From: Bacteroidota bacterium
Lineage (GTDB): Bacteria > Bacteroidota > Bacteroidia > B-17B0 > Aurantibacillaceae
Direction of reading: 5' to 3'
Assembly (NCBI GenBank): GCA_025963735.1
Contig: JAOQAF010000080.1
Span: forward strand, 1 to 60,203
Length of the DNA: 60,203 bases
A program made the position numbers and the translations under genes. Numbering within the stretch: the stretch's first letter is position 1; every line of letters begins with the position of its first letter. The notes below the pieces were generated by a model. That model saw only the letters and a program-made list of their open reading frames with translations. It ran no database searches and was not told the DNA's origin. Shown piece after piece: positions 10,355-19,859 of the stretch.

Positions 10355-10885
10355 ATGAAAATTAAAAGTACAATCCTTTATTGTTTGTTTATGTTGCTTT
10401 CGATTGCCGCTGTTGCACAAAGCGGAGCAGCTAAGTTCGGTTATGTGGATACGGATTATATTTTAGGTGAAATACCCGAATATAAGGCCGCCCAAAGCGA
10501 ATTGGATAAAACAAGTGTGATGTGGCAAAAAGAAATTGAAACCAAATACACAGAAATCGATAAGCTGTACAAAGCCTATCAGGCCGATGCCATTCTTCTT
10601 ACAGAAGACATGAAAAAGAAACGTGAAAACGAAATTATCAATAAAGAGAAAGAAGTAAAGGATCTTCAAAAACAAAGATTTGGTGTGGACGGTGAATTAT
10701 TTAAAAAACGTCAGGAGCTTGTAAAGCCCATTCAGGATAAAGTATACAATGCCATTAAAGCGGTTGCTGAAAAAGCAGGCCTCGGATTTATTCTCGATAA
10801 AAGCGGTCAGGTTGCCATCCTGTACGCTAACAGTAAGTATGATAAAAGCGATGAGGTTCTTACTTATCTGGGATACAAAAAATAA
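10355..10885 (+). CDS. skp: Skp/OmpH periplasmic chaperone 1
   Basis: KFGYVDTDYIL, long coiled coil, LVKPIQDKV; directly downstream of bamA. Confidence 0.92.
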   Translation: MKIKSTILYCLFMLLSIAAVAQSGAAKFGYVDTDYILGEIPEYKAAQSELDKTSVMWQKEIETKYTEIDKLYKAYQADAILLTEDMKKKRENEIINKEKEVKDLQKQRFGVDGELFKKRQELVKPIQDKVYNAIKAVAEKAGLGFILDKSGQVAILYANSKYDKSDEVLTYLGYKK

Positions 10886-10911
10886 TACACTAACAGTTTA
10901 ACAAACAAAAA

Positions 10912-11508
10912 ATGAATAATACAACTCTTAAAAAAACAGTCTTTGCACTTGCTGCCATCGGATCTTTAACTTTTGCGAAGGCACAAAAAATAGCCCACGT
11001 AAGTCTTGATTCACTGGTTAGCACTATGCCTGAAACCAAAACGGCTAAAGAAGCGGCACAAGCCTATTACAAAGGAATTGAGAACGAAAGCATCAGTATG
11101 CAAACGGAACTTGAAACCAAGTATCAAAAATACATGCAGGAAGAAGCTTCTATGAGCGAGGTTGTAAAAAAGAACAAGCAGGAAGAATTAAACCAGCTTC
11201 AGCGCCGTATAGAAGATTTTAAAATGCAGGCACAACAGGATTATCAGAAAAAATCTGCCGAGCTAACCGCTCCTATTATGGATAAAGCTAAAAAAGGAAT
11301 TGAAGCAGTAGCCAAAGAAGGCGGATACAAATATGTGCTTGATACAAGCGTTGGTAATGTTTTGTACAGCGAAGCAGCAGATGATATTTTTGCTTCCGTT
11401 AAAAAGAAATTAGATGCAATGCCTCTGGCAAATATTCCGGGCGCAAACTCAACGCCGGGCAAAGACCCTAAAAAGGGCGGTGGCGGAACTCCTCCAAAAG
11501 GTAAATAA
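10912..11508 (+). CDS. skp: Skp/OmpH periplasmic chaperone 2
   Basis: QKIAHVSLDSLVSTMPE, PIMDKAKKGIEAVAKEGGYKYVLD, and a Pro/Gly/Lys-rich tail. Confidence 0.9.
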   Translation: MNNTTLKKTVFALAAIGSLTFAKAQKIAHVSLDSLVSTMPETKTAKEAAQAYYKGIENESISMQTELETKYQKYMQEEASMSEVVKKNKQEELNQLQRRIEDFKMQAQQDYQKKSAELTAPIMDKAKKGIEAVAKEGGYKYVLDTSVGNVLYSEAADDIFASVKKKLDAMPLANIPGANSTPGKDPKKGGGGTPPKGK

Positions 11509-11528
11509 GCAATTTTAACAAATTGATG

Positions 11529-11558
11529 AGGCAGCTAAATTATTTAGCTGCCTTTTTT
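11529..11558 (+). terminator. Intrinsic terminator of the bamA-skp operon
   Basis: AGGCAGCTAAAT-t-ATTTAGCTGCCT inverted repeat followed by a T run. Confidence 0.85.
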
Positions 11559-11688
11559 CGTCGTTAAATCCAATTATCTTGTCTAAATTCAGTACATTCA
11601 TTTCAAAATAATGATGTGCGTCATTTGTTTTATGTCCTGAATTTTATAACTTTAATAAGCATTAAATTTTAACTTTAAATCAACACAC

Positions 11689-12594
11689 ATGAATTTTAAA
11701 GTGGTTATAACAACAAGTTTCCTGGGCTGTAGTTCGCTTTTTTCGCAAACAGTGGCACAAACGTTTGAATTTATGCCTGGCTCTTCCAAAGATACAATTA
11801 ACTATACCGATGTTGTGGGAAAGAAACAAGGCAAGTGGGTTTTATTTGGAAAGCATAAACCCAACACCTGTTACGCTCCTACACAAAAGGCAGAAGAAGG
11901 TGCATACAGAGAAAACCGTAAAACCGGTATTTGGATGGAATATTTTTGTAACGGAAACGCTAAAAACAAAATAACATTTGTAAATGGTCGTCCTGACGGT
12001 TATGCTATTGTATATTATGAAAATGGCAAAGTACAGGAAGAAGGGCAATGGAAAAATAACCGTTGGGTTGGAGCCCTGAAGCAATATTATGATAACGGTC
12101 AGGTTCAGCACGATTTTAAATTCAATGAAGGCGGAAAACGTGAAGGCGTTCAAACCTATAAATACGAAAACGGACAAACCGCTATCGAAGGAAATTTTGT
12201 GAATGGAAAGGAAAGTGGAACTATTAAAGAGTTTCATGAAAACGGAGATCTTAAAGCTGAAAAAACATACAACAACGGTAATGTAGATCCGGCTTCCATT
12301 AAAACCTACGATCCTAAAAAAGAAATGATTGTAAAAAAGGATGATGTGGGCGATGCTCCAAAACTTACCGTTAAAGCCGACGAAAAGCCTCAGGACTCTA
12401 AGGCCGGCCCATTAGTGCTTAACGGCAAATTTACTTTATATGATAAAAATAAACACGTGACCAAAGACGGTGTTTTTAAAGACAATCGTTTAATCGATGG
12501 AAAAGCTTACATATATGATGATAACGGAATTTTATCGCGCGTTGCCATCTATAAAAATGGCGTTTACGCAGGCGATGGCGTAATAGAAAACTAA
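11689..12594 (+). CDS. Secreted MORN-variant repeat (YwqK-like) protein
   Basis: Signal peptide and repeated YYxNGxxxxEGxxxNGxxxG units. Confidence 0.8.
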   Translation: MNFKVVITTSFLGCSSLFSQTVAQTFEFMPGSSKDTINYTDVVGKKQGKWVLFGKHKPNTCYAPTQKAEEGAYRENRKTGIWMEYFCNGNAKNKITFVNGRPDGYAIVYYENGKVQEEGQWKNNRWVGALKQYYDNGQVQHDFKFNEGGKREGVQTYKYENGQTAIEGNFVNGKESGTIKEFHENGDLKAEKTYNNGNVDPASIKTYDPKKEMIVKKDDVGDAPKLTVKADEKPQDSKAGPLVLNGKFTLYDKNKHVTKDGVFKDNRLIDGKAYIYDDNGILSRVAIYKNGVYAGDGVIEN

Positions 12595-12617
12595 GAGCAA
12601 CAGCGCTAAATTATTTG

Positions 12618-12644
12618 AGACGGAACTAACCTTCCGTCTTTTTT
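12618..12644 (+). terminator. Intrinsic terminator
   Basis: AGACGGAA-ctaacc-TTCCGTCT followed by TTTTT. Confidence 0.8.
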
Positions 12645-12668
12645 ATTTGCTTATTTTTACCGCTCTGT

Positions 12669-14132
12669 ATGCAACCATTATTTTTATACAATACCCTCTC
12701 AAGAAAAAAAGAAGAGTTTAAAGCTTTAAATCCGCCTTACGTTGGAATGTATGTTTGCGGACCAACAGTATACAGCGATGTTCATTTAGGTAATTGCCGC
12801 ACGTTTATTTCATTCGATATTATTTACCGCTATTTATCGCATCTCGGTTATAAAGTAAGATACGTGCGAAATATCACCGATGCCGGTCATCTCGAAAGTG
12901 ACGGCGACGTTGGAGAAGATAAAATTTCCAAAAAAGCAAAACTTAACCAGCTTGAGCCCATGGAAATTGTGCAAACTTATACGGTAGACTTCCGTAAAGT
13001 AATGGAGCAATTTAACGCCTTACCGCCAACCATAGAGCCCACAGCAACCGGACACATTATTGAGCAACAGGAAATAGCCCGTGAAATAATTAATAAAGGG
13101 CTCGCTTATGAAGTTAACGGAACAGTTTATTTTGATGTAGAAAAATTCGCACAAAGCCACAACTATACAGCCCTTACAGGCCGCAAACTGGAAGAGCTTT
13201 TAGAGAACACACGCGATCTTGATGGTCAGCAGGATAAACGTGGCCGCTTGGATTTTGCGCTTTGGATAAAAGCCAAGCCCGAACATTTAATGCAATGGAG
13301 CAGCGAATGGGGCAAGGGCTTCCCGGGCTGGCACATTGAGTGCAGCGCTATGAGTACAAAATATTTAGGAGAGCAATTCGATATTCATGGCGGAGGAATG
13401 GACCTTCAGGCAACTCATCATACTAACGAAATAGCGCAGAATATCGCTTATTGCGGAAAACAACCTTGTAACTACTGGCTTCATACAAATATGCTAACCG
13501 TTAGTGGACAAAAAATGAGCAAGAGCTTAGGCAACAGTTTTTTGCCTCATGAATTATTTTCAGGCAAACATCCTTTACTGGACAAAGGCTACGGCCCCAT
13601 GGCCGTAAGGTTTTTTATGATGCAAACACACTACAGAAGCACTCTTGATTTCAGCAATGAAGCTTTACAGGCCAGCGAAAAAGGTTTTGAACGTTTAATG
13701 GAAAGTTATCAAACCCTTCAGAACTTAACCCCGGGCGCAACTTCCGGCGAAGACATCAAGGCCCTTGAAAACAAATGTTATGAGGCCATGAATGATGATT
13801 TTAATACGCCTGTTTTAATCGCACATTTGTTTGACGCTGCACGTATCATTAATTCCGTTAACGATAAAAAAGTAAGTCTTATTCAGGCAGATATCGTCCT
13901 GTTAAAGAAAATGTACCAGAACTTTTTGTTTGATGTAATGGGATTAAAAGTGGAAGCTGAAAATACAAAAACAACCGAAGTACTGGATAAAGTAATTCAT
14001 CTGGTATTAGACCTTCGTAATAAAGCCAAAGCTGAAAAGAATTTTTCTTTAAGTGATGAGATCCGGGATAAACTCACCAATTCAGGCGTTCAGGTAAAAG
14101 ACACCAAAGAAGGAAGCAGCTGGAAAATATGA
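12669..14132 (+). CDS. cysS: Cysteinyl-tRNA synthetase
   Basis: YVCGPTVY, HLGN (HIGH motif), GFPGWHIECSAM and KMSKS. Confidence 0.98.
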   Translation: MQPLFLYNTLSRKKEEFKALNPPYVGMYVCGPTVYSDVHLGNCRTFISFDIIYRYLSHLGYKVRYVRNITDAGHLESDGDVGEDKISKKAKLNQLEPMEIVQTYTVDFRKVMEQFNALPPTIEPTATGHIIEQQEIAREIINKGLAYEVNGTVYFDVEKFAQSHNYTALTGRKLEELLENTRDLDGQQDKRGRLDFALWIKAKPEHLMQWSSEWGKGFPGWHIECSAMSTKYLGEQFDIHGGGMDLQATHHTNEIAQNIAYCGKQPCNYWLHTNMLTVSGQKMSKSLGNSFLPHELFSGKHPLLDKGYGPMAVRFFMMQTHYRSTLDFSNEALQASEKGFERLMESYQTLQNLTPGATSGEDIKALENKCYEAMNDDFNTPVLIAHLFDAARIINSVNDKKVSLIQADIVLLKKMYQNFLFDVMGLKVEAENTKTTEVLDKVIHLVLDLRNKAKAEKNFSLSDEIRDKLTNSGVQVKDTKEGSSWKI

Positions 14133-15142
14133 TGATTAAACTATCTTTTTTAAACCTGAAAAATTCTGCAGCGCTATTAACGGTCTGCGCTATTGTTTCC
14201 TGTTCGCCCGAAAAACAAAAAGAAGAACCGGTAGTGGTTCCACAAAATACAGTTACCAAACCGCGAATAGTACCTCCTGAATTTAATGGCGACAGTGCCT
14301 ATGCTTTTGTAAAAGCTCAGGCCGACATGGGTCCGCGCGTGCCGGGAAGTAAGGCGCACGAAAAAAGTGTTATCTATTTTAAAAAACAATTTGAAAGATT
14401 TGGCGCCCAGGTAATGATTCAATCCGGCAATGTAACCACCTTTGATAAAAAATCGTGGGTCCTTAAAAATGTAATTGCTAGTATTAATCCAACTTCCGCC
14501 AATCGAATTATTTTAGCGGCGCATTACGACAGTCGTCCTTTTTCAGAAAAAGAAACTGATCCGAAGCTAAAAGAAAAACCTTGTCCGGGTGTTAATGACG
14601 GGGCAAGCGGCGCCGGTGTATTACTTGAAGTGGCGCGTATTCTTCAACAAAAAAATCCTGAAATAGGCGTTGACATTATTTTATTTGACCTTGAAGATTA
14701 CGGTATGCCAAATGGGGGTCCTGATATGGCCGATACCTGGTGCTTGGGAGCACAATACTGGAGTAAGAATCCGCACAAACAAAATTACACCGCAAGATTT
14801 GGTGTGTTGCTTGACATGGTAGGTGCTAAAGATGCCATGTTTGCGCGAGAAGGCTATTCGGTATTTTATGCAAATGATATTGTAACCAAAGTTTGGAAGG
14901 CAGCTGAGGTGTGCGGTTCGGGTAAATATTTTAATAAAGAAGAATACGGTGAAATTACCGATGACCATTTTTATATTAACAAGATAGCGCAAATACCATG
15001 CATTGATATTTTACATTATGATATTTACAAAGGTTCGTTTTTTGATCATCATCACAAAAATTCCGATGATCTGAGTACCATTGATAAAAATACGCTGAAG
15101 GGTGTCGGTCAAACCTTACTGGAGGTTATCTACAACGAGTAA
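14129..15142 (+). CDS. M28-fold lipoprotein, probable glutaminyl-peptide cyclotransferase
   Basis: Lipobox IVSC. Metal-site motifs HYDSRP, NDGASG, DLEDYG, LLDMVG and TDDH. ATGA overlap with cysS. Confidence 0.8.
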   Translation: MMIKLSFLNLKNSAALLTVCAIVSCSPEKQKEEPVVVPQNTVTKPRIVPPEFNGDSAYAFVKAQADMGPRVPGSKAHEKSVIYFKKQFERFGAQVMIQSGNVTTFDKKSWVLKNVIASINPTSANRIILAAHYDSRPFSEKETDPKLKEKPCPGVNDGASGAGVLLEVARILQQKNPEIGVDIILFDLEDYGMPNGGPDMADTWCLGAQYWSKNPHKQNYTARFGVLLDMVGAKDAMFAREGYSVFYANDIVTKVWKAAEVCGSGKYFNKEEYGEITDDHFYINKIAQIPCIDILHYDIYKGSFFDHHHKNSDDLSTIDKNTLKGVGQTLLEVIYNE

Positions 15143-15268
15143 AATGGTTTTTTAAACCTGGAATTACTGCCTGAAAATCACATTCGGTTTACTTTTTCAC
15201 ACACTGCTAACAATACTTTTATGTTTGATTAAAATTCAGTTTCTTTAACCTCCAGGCTCTAAAATCTT

Positions 15269-15832
15269 ATGAAAAATTATTATTTAAAAAACATATTGTT
15301 CGGCTTTTTATTAGGATCAATTTTTACTTCCTATTCGCAGGTTTCGTTTGTTAAAGGATACATGATCTCTGAAAAAGGAGACACTTTAAAAGGTGAAATA
15401 AAAATCAATCCGAAAAAAGAACACGAAAACAATTCGAAGCTTTTTTTTAAAGACGCTTCGGGTACTCAAAAAAACTACAAGCCCAATAAAGTAAAAGGTT
15501 ATGGTTATGAAAATAAACATTACGTTTCTATTACCGAAGATGATGAGCCGAAATTTTTCCAGCGGTTAACCAACGGAGATATTATTTTATATAAAGTAGC
15601 TTTTGAAGTTGTGAACATGAATGCCGTATCTTATGATAATGAATATTATCTGTTCAGGCAGGGAGATAAAAAATTGACTCCGGTAAAACAAAGCAAATTT
15701 AAAAAACAGCTGCAGGAATGGATGAGTGGCTCCGCCGGATTTGCCAATGATTTCCAGGATGAAAAAAAATTCAATGAAACAAGTGCCATCGATGTAATTA
15801 CAAAATACAACGATTGGAAAAAAAACAATTAA
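15269..15832 (+). CDS. Secreted hypothetical protein
   Basis: 187-aa ORF with a signal peptide (SYS-Q) and a GYMISEKGDTLKG N-terminal motif typical of Bacteroidota exported proteins. Confidence 0.75.
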   Translation: MKNYYLKNILFGFLLGSIFTSYSQVSFVKGYMISEKGDTLKGEIKINPKKEHENNSKLFFKDASGTQKNYKPNKVKGYGYENKHYVSITEDDEPKFFQRLTNGDIILYKVAFEVVNMNAVSYDNEYYLFRQGDKKLTPVKQSKFKKQLQEWMSGSAGFANDFQDEKKFNETSAIDVITKYNDWKKNN

Positions 15833-15838
15833 TCATCA

Positions 15839-15931
15839 GCCACAGAATTCGCTGATACCACAGATTTTTCTTTGCAACGCAATCATTCCCTCTGTGAAAT
15901 CCGTGTCCCGCTAGATTTTGGCTGCTGTGGC
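15839..15931. repeat. Imperfect nested palindrome built from 9-nt CACAGAnnn units (REP-like)
   Basis: GCCACAG (15839) pairs with CTGTGGC (15925), CACAGA (15859) with TCTGTG (15891), and there is an inner TTGC-aac-GCAA hairpin. Confidence 0.65.
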
Positions 15932-15947
15932 ATTTATTTATTAAAAC

Positions 15948-18797
15948 ATGATCACGAAAAACACCGATAAAAAATTATTTCTACTGGATGCATTTGCTCT
16001 GATCTACAGGTCATACTTCGCCTTTAGTAATAGTCCGCGGGTAAATTCAAAAGGGTTTAACACCTCAGCTGTTTTTGGTTTTACCAACACCTTACTTGAA
16101 ATTCTTAATAAAGAAAAACCTTCGCACATCGCGGTGGTGTTTGATACCGACGCGCCTACTCAAAGACACACGGAGTTTGAAGCCTACAAGGCCAACCGAC
16201 AGGAAATGCCGGAAGATCTTGCCTTATCCATTCCCATTATTTATGAATTAATAAAAGGCTTTAATATCGAAACTATTGGCATTCCTGGTTTTGAAGCAGA
16301 TGATATTATAGGTACCCTTGCAAAAAAAGCGGAGCTTGCAGGTTTTACCACTTACATGATGACACCCGATAAAGATTACGGACAGTTAGTGGATGCCAAT
16401 ACCTTTATTTATAAACCCGCGCGTTTAGGTAATGGCGCGGAAATTCTGGGCCCTGAAGAAATTTGTAAAAAATGGGAGATCCGGCACGTTGATGAATTAA
16501 TTGACATTTTAGGATTGATGGGTGATAAGGTGGATAACATTCCCGGTATTCCCGGAGTAGGAGAAAAAACAGCCATTCAATTAATAAAAGATTTTGGCAC
16601 TATCGAAAACCTTATACAGAACACCGACAAGTTAAAAGGAAAACTGAAAGAAAAAGTAGAGAACAATAAGGAAATAGCTCTTCAATCTAAAAGACTTGCA
16701 ACCATTATACTTGACTGTCCTATAGAATTAGATGCTGAAAAACTGATTCGTAAGGAATATAATAAAGAAATGCTGCGCGATATTTTCAAAGAACTTGAAT
16801 TCAGAAGAATTGCACAAAACGTTCTTGGCGAAGATATAGGCGGGAACGAGCGACTGGCAGGTGAAAGTAAAATTGTAGTGCCTAAACCTACTACCCAAAC
16901 AGATTTATTCAGTACCAATCTTGAAGGTCCGTTTGAAGCGACCGATTTAACCCGGGAAACAACTTCAGAAACGGCGGCCTCTTACAAAACAATAAAAGAT
17001 GTTGATCATGCTTATGAATTAACTGATACTCCCGAAAAAATTAATGAGCTTCTGGCCTTGTTAAATCAGCATTCTGAATTTTCTTTCGATACCGAAACCA
17101 CCGGCCTTAATTCACTGGAAGCTGAAATTGTAGGACTTTCATTTTCGGTAACTCCCGGAAAAGCTTATTACATACCCATGCCGGAAGACCGTGATCTTGC
17201 TCAGGCCATATTGGAAAATTTTCGCGGACTTTTTAATGATCCGGCAAAAACATTGATCGGTCAAAATATAAAGTACGATTATCATATTTTACAAAGCTAT
17301 GGCATACCAATAAATAATAAATTGTTTGATACCATGGTGGCCCACTTTTTAATAATGCCTGAGATGCGCCACGGCATGGACTTACTGGCCGAAAGTTATT
17401 TACATTATTCGCCGGTAAGCATATCTGCCTTAATAGGCAAAAAAGGAAAAGAGCAATTAAGCATGCGGCAGGTACCCTTAGAGCAAATAAAAGAATACGC
17501 CGGAGAAGACGCTGATATTACTTTACAATTAAAAGAAAAATTTGCGCCTGAACTAATTAAGAACGAAGTTGAAAAATTATTTACTGAAGTAGAATTGCCT
17601 TTAATTAAGGTTCTTGCTAATATGGAGCGGGAAGGGATTCATCTTGATGTAAATTGTTTGAAAGAATTCTCAGGCCAATTGCAGCAGGATATTACGGTAG
17701 TTGAAAAAGAAATACAGGATCTTGCAGGAACAAAATTTAATGTGTCATCACCAAAACAAGTCGGAGAAATTTTGTTTGAGTATCTGAAGATAATGGAGAA
17801 GCCAAAGAAAACAAAAACCGGACAATATGCCACCGGTGAGGATGTTTTAAGCAAACTTGAAAAACTCCATCCTATTGTTGCAAAGATCCTTGATTACCGC
17901 GAGCTGGTTAAACTCAAAAATACTTACGTAGATACTCTGCCTGAGTTAATAAGTAAACACACCAATCATATCCATACGTCCTTTAACCAGGTGGTGGCGG
18001 TTACCGGGCGTTTAAGCAGCGATAATCCTAACCTGCAAAATATTCCTATCCGCACCGAAAGAGGCCGTCAGATCCGTAAAGCTTTTATTCCGAGAAACAA
18101 CGACCATGTTTTACTGAGCGCCGATTATTCGCAGATAGAGTTAAGGATTGTTGCAAGTATTAGCGGCGACCCTAATATGTGCGAAGCATTTCGTTTAGGA
18201 AAAGACATTCATACGGCAACAGCCGCTAAAGTATTTGGCGTGCCTGAAAATGAGGTAACCAAAGAAATGCGTTACAAAAGTAAGAGTGTGAATTTTGGGA
18301 TCATATATGGACAAGGCGCCTTTGGATTGTCGGAAAACCTTAACATTCCACGGTCTGAGGCCAAGTCGTTAATTGATAATTATTTTAAAGAATACGCGGC
18401 CATAAAAAACTATATGGATAACGAAATTAATTTCGCACGGGAGAACGGATATGTAAAAACGTTATTGGGAAGAAAACGCTGGCTACGCGACATTACTTCC
18501 AATAATGCAACGGTTCGCAGCTTTGCCGAGCGTAACGCCATTAATGCGCCTATCCAGGGTTCGGCGGCCGACATGATCAAAGTGGCCATGATCAATATTG
18601 ATAAAGAATTACGTGATAAAAATTTTAAAACCAAAATGATCCTGCAGGTGCATGATGAATTGGTATTTGATGTTTACAAACCTGAACTTGAAACAGTAAA
18701 ACCTATTATTGAAAACCACATGAAAAATGCACTTCCGCTAAATGTACCGGTGGAAGTGGGAATGGGCGTTGGGTCCAATTGGCTGGAGGCGCATTAG
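15948..18797 (+). CDS. polA: DNA polymerase I
   Basis: 5'-3' exonuclease (LDAFALIYR, EADD), intact 3'-5' exonuclease motifs (FDTETT, NIKYD, YAGED), and polymerase motifs ADYSQIELR and LQVHDEL. Confidence 0.98.
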   Translation: MITKNTDKKLFLLDAFALIYRSYFAFSNSPRVNSKGFNTSAVFGFTNTLLEILNKEKPSHIAVVFDTDAPTQRHTEFEAYKANRQEMPEDLALSIPIIYELIKGFNIETIGIPGFEADDIIGTLAKKAELAGFTTYMMTPDKDYGQLVDANTFIYKPARLGNGAEILGPEEICKKWEIRHVDELIDILGLMGDKVDNIPGIPGVGEKTAIQLIKDFGTIENLIQNTDKLKGKLKEKVENNKEIALQSKRLATIILDCPIELDAEKLIRKEYNKEMLRDIFKELEFRRIAQNVLGEDIGGNERLAGESKIVVPKPTTQTDLFSTNLEGPFEATDLTRETTSETAASYKTIKDVDHAYELTDTPEKINELLALLNQHSEFSFDTETTGLNSLEAEIVGLSFSVTPGKAYYIPMPEDRDLAQAILENFRGLFNDPAKTLIGQNIKYDYHILQSYGIPINNKLFDTMVAHFLIMPEMRHGMDLLAESYLHYSPVSISALIGKKGKEQLSMRQVPLEQIKEYAGEDADITLQLKEKFAPELIKNEVEKLFTEVELPLIKVLANMEREGIHLDVNCLKEFSGQLQQDITVVEKEIQDLAGTKFNVSSPKQVGEILFEYLKIMEKPKKTKTGQYATGEDVLSKLEKLHPIVAKILDYRELVKLKNTYVDTLPELISKHTNHIHTSFNQVVAVTGRLSSDNPNLQNIPIRTERGRQIRKAFIPRNNDHVLLSADYSQIELRIVASISGDPNMCEAFRLGKDIHTATAAKVFGVPENEVTKEMRYKSKSVNFGIIYGQGAFGLSENLNIPRSEAKSLIDNYFKEYAAIKNYMDNEINFARENGYVKTLLGRKRWLRDITSNNATVRSFAERNAINAPIQGSAADMIKVAMINIDKELRDKNFKTKMILQVHDELVFDVYKPELETVKPIIENHMKNALPLNVPVEVGMGVGSNWLEAH

Positions 18798-18847
18798 GCG
18801 GTTCATTATACTTTCAGGCTATTTAGTTCATTTTTTCCAGGTTAGGC

Positions 18848-18863
18848 GGGCACGTTTTTTGAG
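18848..18863 (+). promoter_or_regulatory. Putative sigma54 promoter before the OmpA/MotB lipoprotein
   Basis: GGGCACG-TTTT-TTGAG; the core matches the 10320 site at 13 of 14 nt. Confidence 0.4.
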
Positions 18864-18958
18864 ATATGGATTTTGCAATTGGCATTTAATTGTATTCCCT
18901 ATTACTAATTAAGAAATAATATTCTTTAAATATTTTGAAATTAAATAACCTTTAAACT

Positions 18959-19813
18959 ATGAAAAAAATACTTCTGTTTGGTCTGTCTGTTCTTGTTAGC
19001 TTTTCTTCCTGCGTAAGCAAGAAAAAATTTACCACACTTAAAAAGCAGTTAGATCAGGTGCAGCAGGATGCCACAGCATGCGTAAATGCTTCCACGCAAT
19101 TAAGATTAGAGAACAAAAATAAAACAGAACTAATTGAAGACTTAAGGTCGCAATTAACAGATTGTAAGAACCTGCGCGATAAGCAACTCAGTAATGTTGG
19201 AGATCTGACAGTTTTGTCGAAGGAAGCTAACGACAACATGAAGGAAACCCTGGCCCAGCTCCAAAAAAAGGATCAGTACATTCATTACCTTCAGGAAGCC
19301 AAATCAAAAGCCGACTCCTTAAACCTGGCGCTTGCCGTTAATTTGAAAGGTGTTTTAAAAGATGGACTCGACGACCAGGATGTGGATGTTAAAGTTGATA
19401 AAACGGTAGTATTCGTAAACTTATCAGACAAGGTTTTATTTAAAAAAGGTAGTTTCGAATTGTCGTCAAAAGCAAGTGGGGTACTGGCCAACATTGCAAA
19501 AATCATTGATTCCCGTCCAGATCTTGAAGTCATGGTGGAAGGCTATACCGACAACGATCCAATCAAAAATGGCTGTACAAAGGACAATTGGGATTTAAGC
19601 GTACATCGTTCCACATCTGTTGTAAGATTATTACAATCCGAATTTAAAATTAATCCGAATCGTTTAATTGCAGCTGGCCGGGGTGAGTATAATGAGCTAG
19701 TGCCAAACACAACTGTCGAGAACAAAGCCATAAACAGGAGAACCCGCATTATTATTCTGCCTAAATTAAACCAGTTTTACGAATTACTGGATCCTAAAAA
19801 TGCGCCTAAATAA
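18959..19813 (+). CDS. Coiled-coil OmpA/MotB-family peptidoglycan-binding lipoprotein
   Basis: Lipobox FSSC-VSKKK, coiled coil, VEGYTDNDP, NWDLSVHR and NRRTRIIILP. Confidence 0.88.
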   Translation: MKKILLFGLSVLVSFSSCVSKKKFTTLKKQLDQVQQDATACVNASTQLRLENKNKTELIEDLRSQLTDCKNLRDKQLSNVGDLTVLSKEANDNMKETLAQLQKKDQYIHYLQEAKSKADSLNLALAVNLKGVLKDGLDDQDVDVKVDKTVVFVNLSDKVLFKKGSFELSSKASGVLANIAKIIDSRPDLEVMVEGYTDNDPIKNGCTKDNWDLSVHRSTSVVRLLQSEFKINPNRLIAAGRGEYNELVPNTTVENKAINRRTRIIILPKLNQFYELLDPKNAPK

Positions 19814-19859
19814 TATTAACGTGAATTTTTGAAGAGAGAGTTTTAGACAGCAAGCCACA

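Noticed and set aside
11689-12594. YwqK toxin-antitoxin module
   Set aside because: The protein is a signal-peptide MORN-repeat protein flanked by terminators, with no toxin ORF next to it.
18959-19813. Flagellar motor protein MotB
   Set aside because: It is a lipoprotein without the MotB TM Asp motif, and there is no motA or other flagellar gene.
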